A stretch of 57,136 nt of DNA. It comes from a virus. Its lineage: Duplodnaviria > Caudoviricetes. The stretch spans positions 1 to 57,136 of the IMG/VR virus record IMGVR_UViG_3300005965_000101; one strand, 5' to 3'. Of this stretch, positions 56,387-57,136 are shown one piece after another (the first letter of the stretch is position 1; each line of letters starts with the position of its first letter). Under the pieces are notes generated by a model. The model saw nothing but the letters and a program-made list of their open reading frames with translations, did not search any database and was not told the origin of the DNA. The translations under genes and the position numbers were made by a program.

Positions 56387-57136
56387 TTACCTCTTACTTA
56401 TCCTTTGCCAGAATTTGCGGTGAAGTTGATATACAAAAACGTCACAAGGTCTGCCATTTTTTACTGCGTAGTTCCGTATGGGTTGATAAGGACACTTAAA
56501 TCCGGCTCCGGTTAAAATTTTATGCGCCGGTAAGTTTTTATACGCTCTTGGCTTCTTGTGACTAATCCTATCTGTGTTTTCAGTCTTATCTTTTACTGGT
56601 CGCTCTTTTAAAAACTCAGGCAACCAAGCATTAATTGTAATTATATCAGAATGCGTTTCAAAATACTCATCAATAATTTTCTTTAAAATATCGAGTTTTA
56701 TAAGTTTTTTATAATATTCCGGGGTAAAAATTTTGTTCATAAAGTCGTCTATCCTGAACGATCTGACCAACCCGTGTATAGCCTTGGCGTGGTTGTAGCC
56801 AAGGTTTGCATACTCGTTTTCTTCATCCAAAAAAGCAAAGCAGATATAATCATATCCGCCCTTTTCGTTTCTCACAAAGACAACTTTGGTGGTCGGGTTT
56901 TCAAAAACTGCCTGTACTGCTTCTTCTGTGTCTAAACCTGCGTTATCAATCTGCACCCTTTTTCCGTAAGTCTTTATTAATCCACGAATAAACCCGAAGT
57001 CGTTTTTGTGCGCTTCGAGCTCAGCCTGGTTGTTGTAAGTTTTTTGAGTTCCACGAATCATTATAAGCGGCTTTTCCTGCCCATCGTGGTATTCGATGAT
57101 ATGACCGTCTAACTTTCTTACCTTAACTAACTCCAT
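56387..57136 (-). CDS. GNAT-fold (RimJ/RimL-like) acetyltransferase candidate
   Basis: C-terminal N.PA.K.L..AGF...IRNY..KNG...DV..Y.L pattern. Confidence 0.55.
   Translation of the reverse strand: MELVKVRKLDGHIIEYHDGQEKPLIMIRGTQKTYNNQAELEAHKNDFGFIRGLIKTYGKRVQIDNAGLDTEEAVQAVFENPTTKVVFVRNEKGGYDYICFAFLDEENEYANLGYNHAKAIHGLVRSFRIDDFMNKIFTPEYYKKLIKLDILKKIIDEYFETHSDIITINAWLPEFLKERPVKDKTENTDRISHKKPRAYKNLPAHKILTGAGFKCPYQPIRNYAVKNGRPCDVFVYQLHRKFWQRISKR

Noticed and set aside
1-57136. Additional DGR variable repeats elsewhere in the genome
   Set aside because: I saw no second copy of the TR core by eye; a local alignment of the TR against the window would be needed to exclude a diverged one.

Overview
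The window reads as a largely or fully complete ~57 kb AT-rich temperate, podovirus-like phage genome in its excised (attP) form, with no flanking host genes. A + strand early/middle arm (~7.4-27.7 kb) encodes a ribbon-helix-helix regulator, YqaJ/RecT recombination, a YhaM-like HD nuclease, a double-LuxR regulator, SF2 helicase, primase, RusA, DNA-modification enzymes, excisionase and tyrosine integrase. An attP follows, whose core is the 3' half of tRNA-Ala(GGC) flanked by paired TACGGAA arm repeats. A - strand late arm runs terS-terL-fibre genes (5740 to 1) and plausibly continues across the window ends (57136 to 28 kb). It covers a GNAT protein, Gly-rich ejection proteins, a PAPS-reductase-fold enzyme, a 3418-aa methyltransferase/SNF2-helicase/zincin polyvalent protein, portal, scaffold, N4-gp56-like capsid, tail genes and lysis. 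Main highlights: (1) a diversity-generating retroelement with a clear TR/VR pair (16 of 18 mismatches at TR adenines), no recognisable avd, an internally deleted RT and two unexplained downstream ORFs; (2) an enzyme cluster inside the virion/ejection operon; (3) a terminase with an apparent second, inactivated nuclease domain, separated from terS by an iteron-like AT-rich region; (4) two GC-rich, helix-dense intergenic regions that look like structured ncRNAs; (5) a methyltransferase-like gene split by one in-frame TAG. All family assignments come from motif recognition by eye; no database search was run.
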